NCBI RefSeq assembly: GCF_006345805.1 | Contig: NC_043002.1 | Coordinates: 45,756,001 to 45,820,000 of the forward strand | DNA from: Octopus sinensis | Lineage: Eukaryota | Length of the DNA: 64,000 nucleotides | Reading direction: 5' to 3' | In this document: one piece after another, positions 1-10,876 of the stretch | Layout of the letters: every line of letters starts with the position of its first letter | Position numbering within the stretch: position 1 is the first letter of the stretch | The notes under the pieces: model-generated | What the model was told of the DNA's origin: nothing | The model's input: the letters and a program-made list of their open reading frames with translations, nothing else | Database searches by the model: none | Program-made: the position numbers and the translations under genes

Positions 1-52
<52 letters not shown>

Positions 53-672
53 ACGATTTAGGAGTGACCCCAACAGGTCACTCGTCCACCACCAGAAAGA
101 GCAGCCATAACTCACACCGCCAAGTATTATTAATTCAGAAATTAGGTGAAAATTTAAAAACATTTACCCTAATTCATCTTTTAGACGTTGCAACGTTTCT
201 GTGTCATTAATGATTAAATTAGCTTAATTAAATTAAATTAAGCCAATCTACCATAGGTTACACTTCATCAGTAAAGACCTGGGAGAGACAAATATACACG
301 AGGCGTCTGTATCGAAGCCTACGGGATATCTGACTTAAAATTTTCAAGACTGACGTATTCGCGCCAAACTTATCAACAGTAAATATAAACTGCTGATTCA
401 ATCTCAGAATTATTCAGAAAATTATCAATTAGTCAATTTAGGGTAGCAAAAAAATTCAATAGAAATTTATCGCAACCAGCGGCCTGGTGAAAAAGAGAAA
501 ATAGTCATCGACTAAATATATAAATATAACGATTTAGGAGTGACCCCAACAGGTCACTCGTCCACCAGAAAGAGCAGCCATAACTCACACCGCCAAGTAT
601 TATTAATTCAGAAATTAGGTGAAAATTTAAAAACATTTACCCTAATTCATCTTTTAGACGTTGCAACGTTTC
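53..672 (-). mobile_element. Non-coding hammerhead-bearing element with partial tandem (pLTR-like) structure; Penelope-related or retrozyme-like
   Basis: Direct repeats at 53-199 and 529-672 differ only by a 3-nt indel (unit 473-476 bp); (TA)n on both flanks; hammerhead motif at the repeat boundary. Confidence 0.7.
176..278 (-). ncRNA. Type I hammerhead ribozyme motif
   Basis: Minus strand reads GUCUUUA-CUGAUGA-A-GUGU...ACAC-A-GAAA-CGUUGCAACG-UC|UAAAAGAU. Core intact, helix III is a loopless palindrome, stem I has 4+3 bp. Predicted cleavage between 184 and 183. Confidence 0.7.
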
Positions 673-789
673 ATATATATATATATATATATATGTATAT
701 ATCATTCAACTATGGTGGTAGTTGAAATATATTCTTAAGGCTGCAATTTATTCACATGCAGCATCTTCAGAGCTTTGTTGCTAATTTAG

Positions 790-921
790 TTCTTACCTAA
801 ATTAAAAACTGTTAACATTTTTGAAGAGGACTGGTCCCTAGCTACATTTTGGCATAAAAAATTAAGATTTGGTCCAATAGAAAAAAGTTTACATCAAAAT
901 CTGTTGCAATGTTATAGGAGA
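790..921 (+). CDS. Candidate upstream (extracellular) exon of the same gene (FLPKLKTVNIFEEDWSLATFWHKKLRFGPIEKSLHQNLLQCYRR)
   Basis: AG at 788-789, GTAAGT at 922-927; 132 nt, open only in the phase 0-0 frame, which matches the TM exon start. No homology recognised. Confidence 0.45.
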
Positions 922-1099
922 GTAAGTAACGTCTCCAATCAAGTTTAGATCTAAATAACTTTTCAATTTCAAAAGCAAATTATATTTATCTTAGCTTCAA
1001 TGATGGAAGAAAGCATGAGAAATTCCATAGTTTTGGTCCCATGCAACAAAACTTTGTATAAAAAAAGTTGTGAGGTAAAATATCATGAAAAAATATATA

Positions 1100-1593
1100 A
1101 GTAAGGCAAAAAATTGGATTTAAGTATAATTAACTTCTTTATTTTAAAAAATAAACTATATTTTAATTAAGCTTAAATGATAGAGCTCAATTCAAAGAAT
1201 TTCACGTTATCAATCTCATATAGTGAAGTTTTAACAGAAAAATGTTATGAGTGTTTGTTTCTCAAATTTGAGGGTGGTAATATAGTTTTATACTTTTTAT
1301 GAATATAGCTCTATAAGGGGACTTTTAATATATGTCATCAGCATCATTGAGGTTATGAAAAAATTATGAACGACACTGCTAATTTGCAATTAGTTTAATT
1401 ACGTCATCTGTATTAATTAATGCAATTATATCATGTAAAAACTGTCCTGTAATATCTGATATGAGAAACAGAGCCATAGTAGTTTACGTTGACAGAAATT
1501 TTTCAGTAAGGCAAAACATTGAATTTAAGTATAATAAACTTTTTATTTTAAAAACAAACTATATTTTAATTAAATTTAAATGATAGACCTCAA
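1100..1593. repeat. Diverged ~90-bp direct repeat pair (1100-1190, 1505-1593), probably part of an old DNA element
   Basis: Both copies read agtaaggcaaaa..ttaagtataat..ttattttaaaaa..aaactatattttaattaa..ttaaatgataga.ctcaa. Confidence 0.6.
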
Positions 1594-1823
1594 GTCGAGG
1601 AGTTACTAATCTTATTTTTATTTTTTATATTAAAACTTTTAATTTAATTCAATAATAATAATAATAATAATAATAATAATTTAATCACAAAGAGGAAAAA
1701 AATTAAAATATTATTTAGAAATTTATTAAATTTATTATTTAATTTTCAATAAGGTAAAATCTTAAATTATTAATTGACACATTATTAATTAGCATAATAG
1801 CATAGCCTAGGGAAAACATGGAT

Positions 1824-2631
1824 TACATGGAGAAATGCGAGCATGATAAATAATATTCTTAAGATTATAAACCTGGAAAAGTACAGGAAAAGTTATTACC
1901 AGTTAAGGATAAAATTTGAATATTAAAAATCATTTGATTTTAATTTACAAAGTAACATTATAATTAAAAAAAGGTGCCATCATTTTGTTAAAAAATTGAC
2001 ACACTAGAATACTTTAAAAATGAGAGCCAGAAGTACCAATATAGCTAAAGTTTTATGCAAAGTAGAATAGTATATATGGTAGGCAAATTCATTATGTAAG
2101 AGATTGGCACTGGGTCAAGACTAAAAATATAAAGACTTAGCAATAACTCAAACAAATTTTACTGTGAATTTGTTGTTATAGGTAGATTTTACTGTAATAT
2201 ATAACTAATTTTTGTATAATTCTATTTATTGTACTAATTATGTACTACTATATTGTACTAATTATGTACTATTATTTTTTATAACCAATTTTCAAATTAC
2301 CAATTATTAATAATTAAAAAAATGAATTTTTTAAAAGTGCAAAATATATTTTGATTGAGTTATTTTTCATTTTTAATAGAAATAACAAATAATAACAAAT
2401 AGAAGTAATAACTTGTAGTAAAATTTTTAGTTTTAATAAAAGCTAATATTTTCTAAATCTAAATATTTTATTTGAAATTTTATCCTTAGCTGCAATATTC
2501 TAAGTAAAAATTTTCTTGTTCTGTACTTTACCAGATATAATAACTTATCCTGAACTTTTCCATGTGTAATAACTTATCCGGAACTTTTCCAGCTTTATAA
2601 TCTTAAGGATAATATTTCTCTTGCTCATGTA
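1824..2631. mobile_element. Non-autonomous DNA transposon / MITE with imperfect ~70-bp TIRs and TA ends
   Basis: The left end tacatgg...ttaagattataaacctggaaaagtacaggaaaagttattac is the inverse of the right end gtaataacttatccggaacttttccagctttataatcttaagg...catgta. Confidence 0.6.
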
Positions 2632-2683
2632 ATATATTTATATATATAACTCTGTATAGATACATATGTATATATAAAATTCT

Positions 2684-3215
2684 AGCTATCAACTACTTCT
2701 AGTTTCTTCCCCTGGCATATGATGGAATCTGTTTTCTGAACATCTTTGGTGTTTATTGTCTTTGTGCATCTGCTGCACACAAAAACTATCATCCCAGTTA
2801 ACCTTCCTTTGATGTTGCTGCACATCTTATGTGTCCATAGCTTACACTGAGTACATCTTATGGAGTTTCTACCTGCACGTTTTCTACAGATTGAGCAGGG
2901 CCATCAACTTGAAGGGGTTTGGGATTTGTTTGCCTTCCTACTTACTAGGACTTTGGGTTTTGCAACATTGACTCTAAGGCCCTTCGATTCTAAACCTTGC
3001 TTCCACACCTGAAATTTCTTCTTTAGTTCTCATAGTGATTCAGCTATGAGAGCAAAGTCATCAGCATAGAGGAGCTCCTAGGGGCAGCCTGTCTTAAATT
3101 CCTGTTATTGTCTGGATCACTATGATGAGTAAGAGGGGGCTGAGGACTGATACTTGGTGAGCCCCTACTTCTACCCGGAATCCTTCACTATACTCCTTAT
3201 AGATGTAACAAATGC
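2684..3215 (-). mobile_element. RTE-like LINE reverse transcriptase fragment (degenerate)
   Basis: Minus strand reads GFRVEVGAHQVSVLSPLL and ELLYADDF (RT YADD motif), with stops and frameshifts. Confidence 0.85.
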
Positions 3216-3491
3216 AGAATCACACACACACACACTCACAGACACATACACACTCATACACATATGTATATGTATATATATTGATATGTGTTTATGTATG
3301 TACATGTATATCAAACATTGAATGGTCAGCCACCTTTTAGAAACCCAAGTGAATGCCAAGCAAAAAATGAACACAATATTTTCTTTATTTTTATATTTCA
3401 TTTTTTCCCTTTCTTTCTTTCTCATTTTCAAGAACACAGTATATGTATGCATAAATGTTTATGAAAACACACACACTCAATAAGTTCCTCC

Positions 3492-3553
<62 letters not shown>

Positions 3554-3925
3554 ATTTATATGTAAGGATATATGTGTGTACATAGCAACACTCCTACTAT
3601 TGAAAAACAAACCCTCTTTTTCCTTCTCTCTTTCCATTTCTTACAAAGGTCATCTAAAAAATACAAAAGGACCCAAAAGGAAAAAAAGAAAAAAAGAAAA
3701 AAGAGAAAAAATACATTTTTAAAACACACCCATATTCTCTTTCTTTCACCTTTTCCATCCCTCTATTTCCCTATCACCCACCCTCTCTCTCTCTCTCTTT
3801 CACCTTCTCCCCCTCTATTTCCCATTATACACACACACACACACACACACACTCTCTCTCTCTCTCTCTCTCTCTCCCCACTTCATTCACCAATAATATT
3901 AAAACAGGCAAAACTCTACAAACTG

Positions 3926-3972
3926 ACATTTCTGATGAGACTACAGTAGTAGTTGAAAGCACTTAAATATGT
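3926..3972 (+). ncRNA. Minimal hammerhead ribozyme-like motif in a probable Penelope 3' remnant
   Basis: acattt-CTGATGA-GACTAC agta GTAGTT-GAAA-GCAC-TT-AAAT: intact core, 6-bp stem II, very short helix III. Confidence 0.5.
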
Positions 3973-4159
3973 AATTAAATATGTGATTTGAAGAAATAAT
4001 ATGTGATATGTAAATAAATAAATATATTTTTTTATATACAACCATCCAGCATTCAGAACACCTTTTTCTTTCATATGTATATATATATATATTTATCTAT
4101 ATAGTCCAACCCATGCTTGCAGGAAATCGGACGTTAAATGATGATGATGATGATGATGA

Positions 4160-4200
<41 letters not shown>

Positions 4201-4214
4201 CATTCGTTTACATA

Positions 4215-5256
4215 TTCGTTTTGCAAGATGTTGCCAGTTTAGCCAATAAAAACACACGCATTATATATTTGGCATTCACTTGCTTCATCTTTATTTTATA
4301 TTGATTGTATTTTGGCCAGAGTTCTTTCATCACACTTCTGTGACCTCATCAGTGGTCCTTTGCTTTCTTCTTTCTTTTTCTGTGTGTCTCTCCTTACTAA
4401 TGATTTGCCATTTTGTATTCCTATTGTATATGTCTTCATTTGCACATGCGTATATCCCTGTGTGTGTTTATGTTTAGTAAGTGTGTGTGTGTAGGAATGT
4501 GCCTCCATTATCAGTATCCTCTGTTTATACACATTCATTTAATTTACTTCTATTTATTTTATTCATTCATTTATATCTACTTATTTTTTCTTTTCTTTCT
4601 ATTTTTTTTGTATTAATTTAATTTGATTTAATTTATTTTTATTTTGTTAATGTATATAGTTATTTAATTCCATTTATTTAACTGTGTATTGTATTATATT
4701 CATAGTATTATCAGTTTATGGGGATCTTATTCTGTCATAGGGTTGTGGTGTGTTGGGAGTGTGTGCTAGTGTTCCATTCTAGTTTCCTATTCAGGCTAGG
4801 TTTATCTTCTATTTTGTGTGTAGCTTCTGTAATTTGTCTAAGCGTTGCATATGTGCTATGTGTGGACAAGATTTTAACTTCTATGTTGTTGAGTGAGCCC
4901 CCGTATTCCTGCTCAGCGTGCTGGTACAGAACCGATGGGCCCTTCTCTTCCTTTAGTTCACTCCAATGCTCATTTACCTGCTTTCCTATGCTTCGTGCTG
5001 TCTCCCCTATGTACATCATTATCTTGTTACTGCACCATCCCTCTGTACATCTTATACTATAAACTACATTCCTAGCTTTACAGTTTGTTTGTGGGCTAAA
5101 TCTACATACAATACAGTTCCTATCAGTACAGGTGATTCTACTAAAAGGGTAGGTTCTACTGATTAGGGATTTGATAGGTTTACCTGGTCTTTCTACAACC
5201 TTAATTCTTAGCTTAAGTTTGTCTAAGGCCCTTTTAAAGCAGCATGCCAGTTCGCC
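4215..5256 (-). mobile_element. Penelope-like element 3' part: Cys linker, GIY-YIG endonuclease and 3' pLTR region
   Basis: Open frame 5256-4735 (about 174 codons): VERPGKPIKSL...CTDRNCIVC...NVVYSIRCTEGWC...YIGETARSIGKQVNEH...RQITEA...PSLNRKLEW. It is truncated upstream where an RTE fragment begins. Confidence 0.9.
4314..4358 (-). ncRNA. Minimal type I hammerhead ribozyme in the Penelope pLTR
   Basis: GGACCA-CUGAUGA-G-GUCAC agaagu GUGAU-GAAA-G AA C-UC|UGGCC; lies on the same strand as the GIY-YIG ORF and 3' of it. Confidence 0.7.
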
Positions 5257-5271
5257 TCAATCTGTAGAAAA

Positions 5272-6410
5272 AGTGTAGGTAGAAACTCCATAAGATGCAC
5301 CCAGTGTAAGCTTTGGACACATAAAAGGTGCAGCAATATCAGAGGAAGGTTAACAGGGAAACTAGCTTTTGTATGGGGAAGATGCACAGGTACAATAAAC
5401 GTTGAAATGGGCAGAAAATAGACTCCATCAGCTGTCAGAGGGGGAAAGCTAGAGATAGTAGATAGCTTCTGTTATCTAGGTGACCAAGTTAGTTGTGGAG
5501 ATGGATGCTTTGAGAGCATAGCTGTGAAAATAAGATTAGATGAGTAAAGTTCAGAGAGCTCCTACCCCCTGCTGTTGGCAAACAGCCTTTCTCTCTCAGA
5601 GTGAAAGGCAGATTGTTTGATGCCTGTGTGTGAACAGCTATGCTGCATGGCAGTGAAACAAAGGCCATGACAGCTGAGGATTTGCATAAGCTTGAAAGAA
5701 ATGAAGCCAGTATGCTTTGCTAGATGTGCAATGTCAGTGTGCATGTTTGACAGAGTGTAAGCATCTTAAGAGAAAAGTTAGGCATCAGATGTGGTGTGCA
5801 AGAGAGACGACTGCACTGGTATGGTCATGTGATGCATATGGATGAGGACAGCTGTGTAAAGAAGTGCTGATCTCTAACTGAGGAGGGAAACTGTAGTAGA
5901 GGTAGACTCAGGAGGTCATGGGATGAGGTGATGAAGCATGATCTCCAAACTTTCAGACTCACAGAGACAATGACTAGTGACCAAGACCTTTGGTGATGTG
6001 GTGTACTTGAGAGGATCTGTTAAGCCAAGTTCACCCATGCTGGTGGCATGTAAAGAGCACCTTTTGAGTATTGGGCCTCATGGAGGCAATGACCAAGACC
6101 TTTGGCATTATGGTGTGCTTGAGAAGAAGACCCATCAAGTTGAGCAAAATCGCCGTCGTGACAGATACTGGTGTCAAATGATTGGTACCCTAGTGTCATG
6201 CAAATGGCACCCATGCTGGTGGCACATAAAAGCACCTATTACACTCTCAGAGTGGTGGGCGTTAGGAAGGGCATCCAGCTGTAGAAGACCATGCCAAATC
6301 AGACTGGGGTCTGGAGCAGCCTTCCAGTGTGCCAGCCAGGTCAAACTGTCCAACCCACGCCAGCATGGACAACAGATGTTAAATGATGATGATGATGACA
6401 ATGATATATA
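5272..6410 (+). mobile_element. RTE-like LINE 3' region followed by a (GAT)n-tailed 3' end
   Basis: Degenerate ...AMLHGSETKAM...RRLHWYGHVMHMDEDSCVKKC...GRLRRSWDEVMKHDL; tail ttaaatgatgatgatgatg at about 6380-6400. Confidence 0.85.
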
Positions 6411-6421
6411 TATTTATAATC

Positions 6422-6482
<61 letters not shown>

Positions 6483-6574
6483 ATAATTATATATATAATA
6501 TATATTATATATATATATATAATATATATATATTATAATTATATATAAATAAATCAATAAATCAATAAATAAAT

Positions 6575-6606
<32 letters not shown>

Positions 6607-6785
6607 ATTATAAAATAAATATAAGAGAGTGGTCACTATATTGCTCACTCTAGCACCAGTTAATCCAAAAGGTTTCAACCACGAAAATACATGTTTAATT
6701 AATTATATATATAATTATATATAAATAAATCAATAAATAAATATATATATATATATATAATTATATTAAATAAATCAATAAATAA

Positions 6786-6863
<78 letters not shown>

Positions 6864-6882
6864 TATAAAATAAATCAATAAA

Positions 6883-6924
<42 letters not shown>

Positions 6925-6930
6925 ATATAT
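6400..6930. repeat. Compound (TA)n microsatellite with interspersed AAATAAATCAAT units
   Basis: Direct reading. Confidence 0.9.
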
Positions 6931-7234
6931 ATTTAAATGGAAAAAATTTCCTGTTTTATAGAAAAAGGGTTCAACAAGATGTTCAAATTTTAAATTTTTC
7001 TTTAAAAAAAATTGTTGTTTTTCCAGAATAAGTTTTAATTAAATGTTGACCCTTCAAAAGTTAGAAACTAGAATCGAAAAAGTAAATAACTTGAACTGGC
7101 ATTTTGTTGCAATCACATGGTATTGAAAATTATATATAATATTTCTGTTAGGAACAAAATTTAAAGATTTTTGTATAAATCATCATTCTTTCTACAATCA
7201 TCATTCCTCCTATATCAGTAAAACTGTTTTTCAG

Positions 7235-7326
7235 GGTTTACCACGGTCACTGATTATTATCCTCTGTGCTATCTTTACAATCATCATTCTTCCTATATCA
7301 GTAATTTTCTTCCTCTGTCAAAAAAG
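7235..7326 (+). CDS. Transmembrane-helix exon of an unidentified single-pass membrane protein (GLPRSLIIILCAIFTIIILPISVIFFLCQK)
   Basis: ctgtttttcag acceptor, AG|gtgagt donor; about 23 hydrophobic residues followed by a basic stop-transfer; the phase-2 end matches the exon at 10877. Confidence 0.8.
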
Positions 7327-7412
7327 GTGAGTTACTCATTTTTTACACTTTTTTCTTATTACTGTTTATGTTAGAAGAAAAGAGATGAGATGGTTAAGAT
7401 TAAAGTATTTAA

Positions 7413-7753
7413 TCCTTTAGCATTCAGATTATTCTTTTGAAAGTTATCTCTACGGATATTCTAACACAGGTGGGACATAATATTGACTTATAAGCCTTTA
7501 ATATGCTTGATAATATATCATGGTTGCATATCAAAATGTGATGTCCCTTCCAGCAATTCAAATGTAATGCTTACTTATTCACATTGTTTTTAATTAATCA
7601 TGAATTATCTTTTATCTTTGAGATTTTGATGATGTGTTTCTTTATTTTCAGAATGATATTGTTGGGTAGGTGTAACAGGCCTCATTTGGCTGGTTCGAGC
7701 ATAAAACAGGTGGAATATCTGGGCTGGACATCGTAGGTTTAAATGCTAAAGGG
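7413..7753. mobile_element. piggyBac-like MITE (TTAA TSD, CCCTTTAGCATT termini)
   Basis: ttaa-tcctttagcatt ... aatgctaaaggg-ttaa. Related copies at 18942-19158, 19733-19952 and a partial near 35860-35975. Confidence 0.75.
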
Positions 7754-8559
7754 TTAATTCAAAATTATGAGTGGTGTGAACCTAAGTCTGCTCCAACTGA
7801 GTAGTATTATGATCAGAAGCATTCCAAACATGAGCATTCCATCTGATTGTGATTCTGGGAATATTGCTTAATGTGTCATTCCTTTTTAAGATGCCAGGAT
7901 GTGATTTTAGAATTGACCAGGTATATGCACCTGGAAAATTTCAGATTAATGTGTAAGCCTTGGCAAAGTTTTAATGTGAAACCATCAGTTGCCAATGCAG
8001 TAAGTCTCTCCTCTACTTATTTATTTTAGCCCAGGAGTTGGGGAAATTTTTTTAACCAATTATCCCAAAATATATTTGTTTATGCTGACATTACACCCAT
8101 GATTTGAAAGGAAGAAAATCATAGATTCTTTTAATTCAAAAGGCTTATTGAATATATTTTATTGAATCTATTTACATTGAACAAATGCAGCGTTGCCAGA
8201 AGAAAAATTTCTGTTGTAACAAAGAACATGTTTTTTTATATAATTTTACTTATATCTAACAAGTCCCATCACCCCCAAGAATTTCATTTTTACTTCACTT
8301 GGGATAGTTTACTCCAGTTCGCCAACCCCTGCTTTAGCCCTTTGCTCCTTTTCTATGGAACATTGACTATCAATGACTTTTCTGTCCTGTTCTCAACTCT
8401 GGGCTGTCTTTCCTGAGGGGAAGCCTTCCTTTCCAAGGTCTTGTTGGTTTTCGAATTGTCATTGACGCTTCAGTGACTTTGCCTTTTTTTTTTTTTTGGT
8501 AGGAGTGTTGGCCTTATGCAAATCTATTCTTACCTCTGGGAAGAGGTGGTCCAGAATAG

Positions 8560-8675
8560 TCTGGTATCTCTCCTTTGACTTATCCAGCATGGGGGAGACT
8601 GTGCCAGGACCTTGCAATCTGCTGATATAGCTCTCAGGGTCGTTGAGGTACACAAGCCACTACATTGCAGCAAGA
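8560..8675 (+). mobile_element. RTE-like LINE 5' leader fragment (related pieces at ~9255-9352, ~31575-31670, ~57565-57625)
   Basis: Shared motif ctttgactt.tccagcatggg...gcatagctctcag..tc.t.ga..tacacaagcc. The family assignment is from recollection. Confidence 0.45.
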
Positions 8676-10099
8676 AGGAAAAATAGGAGGAAAAGGAAGA
8701 GGAAAAGGAGGAAGAAGAAGAGAACGAGGAGGCTGCATCAGAGTCAGTGTCATCATCATTTAACATTTGTCTTCCATACTGACACTAATTGATAGTGTGA
8801 CAGGATCTGAAGAGCCAGAAGAATGCAATATGCTACAATGTCTGCTTTGACATGGTTTCTATGGATGTATGCTCTCCCTAACACCAATCACTTTACAGAG
8901 TGTACGGGGTGCTTTTTTTCATGGCATGAGCACTAGTGAGATCACTAAGTAACTCCCAAAATAAGACACCCACCATTCAACTGAGTGGGGGTATAACATT
9001 GGGTGAGGTGGCTTTATGCAAGGTATTGAGGGGTTAAAGTATGGCAGGGGAACAGGAATAGGTGTATTGCAGTAAAAGAGATACATGGCTACCCCAGCTG
9101 GAAAGGGAGAAAAGAGATGGTAGTGAGGAGGTTCCAGGGTATACTCTGAAGGTACAAGATAGAATATGGAAAGAGGAACAGAAAGGGTGGAAAGACAGGA
9201 AAGTCATATATTAGTCATATATTAATCCCCATGAAAATCACGACATTCTCATTCTCCGTCCCTTTGACTTCTCCAGCATGGGTGCCTTGCACTCTGCCGG
9301 CATAGCTCTCAGAGTCATGGAAGTACACAAGCCACCCACACTGCAACAAGAAGGAGGTGTGTGGCCAAGTGGTTAGAGTGTTGGACTAATGGTCATAAGA
9401 TTGTGGGTTTGATTCCTGAACCAGGGGATGCATTGTGTTCTAGATTCCACATTGCTCCAATCTACTCAGCTTGCAAAGATGAGTAATCCTGCAACAGATG
9501 AGTGTCTCATCCAGGTGGGGAATTTATATGTCCTGGAAACTGGGAAACCAGCCCTTATGAGTCAACATGACTCAGAAAGGTAACTTTACTTTACAAGAAA
9601 AAGGTGGTGTCAACAGTGTGTTACATCAAAGACTTTAATTGTGTTCTGAAGCAAATGCAGAAGCTGATGTTGCAGTCCTGGAAAGCATACAATAGAGTTA
9701 CTGGGAAATATATATTGCATTTCAAGAGGTTATCTCATCTCTGTCCTATGAGCCTATCCACACACTACAGTTATTACTTGCACAAATTCTTCCGACCACA
9801 GAAATGCAGTTTGAACAAAGTCAAACATATAGAGTTATATATGCATCTATAGTTACCTTGTGAAGTAGTATTTGGTGGCTTATGATGGAGCTTCTTTGTG
9901 TGACTAATTTGAAATTCACCAGACCTAACATTTGTCTCCATCATAAACTAAAGTAATCAGGAAGAAAAAGCAGTAATCAGATACAGTTTTAAGTAAAATG
10001 CATGCATGACAGACAGGATCCTAAAAGTTTTAAATAGCTCAATTGTTTGTTCTTTGTTTCAGTAGTTTACTCATTGCCTTTGTCATATACATCTATCAG

Positions 10100-10353
10100 C
10101 ATCATCTTCATTAATAAATGTCTATTTTCAATGCTGGTATGGGCTGTATGGTTTGACAGGAGCTGGTAAGGCCAGGGGCCACACCAGGCTCCATTGTCTG
10201 TTCTGGCATGGTTTCTACAGTTGGATGCCCTTCCTAAAGCCGATCACTCCACGGAGTGTATTGGGTGCTTTTTATGTGGCACCAGCACTGGTATCAATTC
10301 TGCTGTGGTGGATGGGTCTTCTTGAGTATAGCAATGAACCAGATAGTCATCTC
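10100..10353 (-). mobile_element. (GAT)n-tailed LINE-tail-derived non-autonomous element (many copies in window)
   Basis: Motif catgctggcatgggttgga..tttgacaggagctgg..ggatgcccttcctaa.gcc. Other copies at about 8750-8960, 15875-16250, 18345-18660, 31720-31920, 34440-34745, 34860-35100, 43170-43440, 46670-47200, 50600-50760, 52450-52860, 53340-53790, 62135-62380. Confidence 0.85.
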
Positions 10354-10661
10354 CTTTGTGTGACTAATTTGAAATTCACCAGACCTAACATTTGTTTCCA
10401 CCATAAACTAAAGTAATCAGGAAGAAAAAGCAGTAATCAGATACAGGTTTAAGTAAAATGCAAGCATGACAGACAAGGATCCTAAAAGTTTTAAATAGTT
10501 CATTAATGTATGTCTGAGTTTCCAATTGTTTGTCCAGTGTCTTGAGATCAGCCTTCAACACTTTGTCCCATGTCTTCCTGGGTTTCCCTCTTCCACAAGT
10601 TCCATTCACTTTAAGTAATCAGCATTTCTGTATGCAACTATCTACATCCATATATATCACA

Positions 10662-10700
<39 letters not shown>

Positions 10701-10876
10701 GCCAATTCAAATAAATGAATAAGAAAACAAATGAGGATGTGCACAAGAAATGTATTAGCTCGATGCTCAGTGAAAGGAAAGAGTTTGATGTTTTGAGCAT
10801 AGCTCTTCATCATACATACAATACAAAATTTGTCATAAATGTTTTGTCTAATTCAATTTTTACACTTTATTTACAG

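Noticed and set aside
340-385. Possible second hammerhead (TTGATAAG...GAATACGTC) inside the 53-672 unit
   Set aside because: Several core substitutions and no stem II.
3171-4616. Cluster of 60-125-aa ORFs
   Set aside because: They come from (CA)n, (CT)n, (TA)n and A-rich tracts and the Penelope 3' region; low complexity.
8459-8766. ORFs with poly-Lys or poly-Ser, and a T-run suggesting a processed pseudogene
   Set aside because: They overlap a LINE leader fragment and GAG/CAT simple repeats; no recognisable parent protein or TSD.
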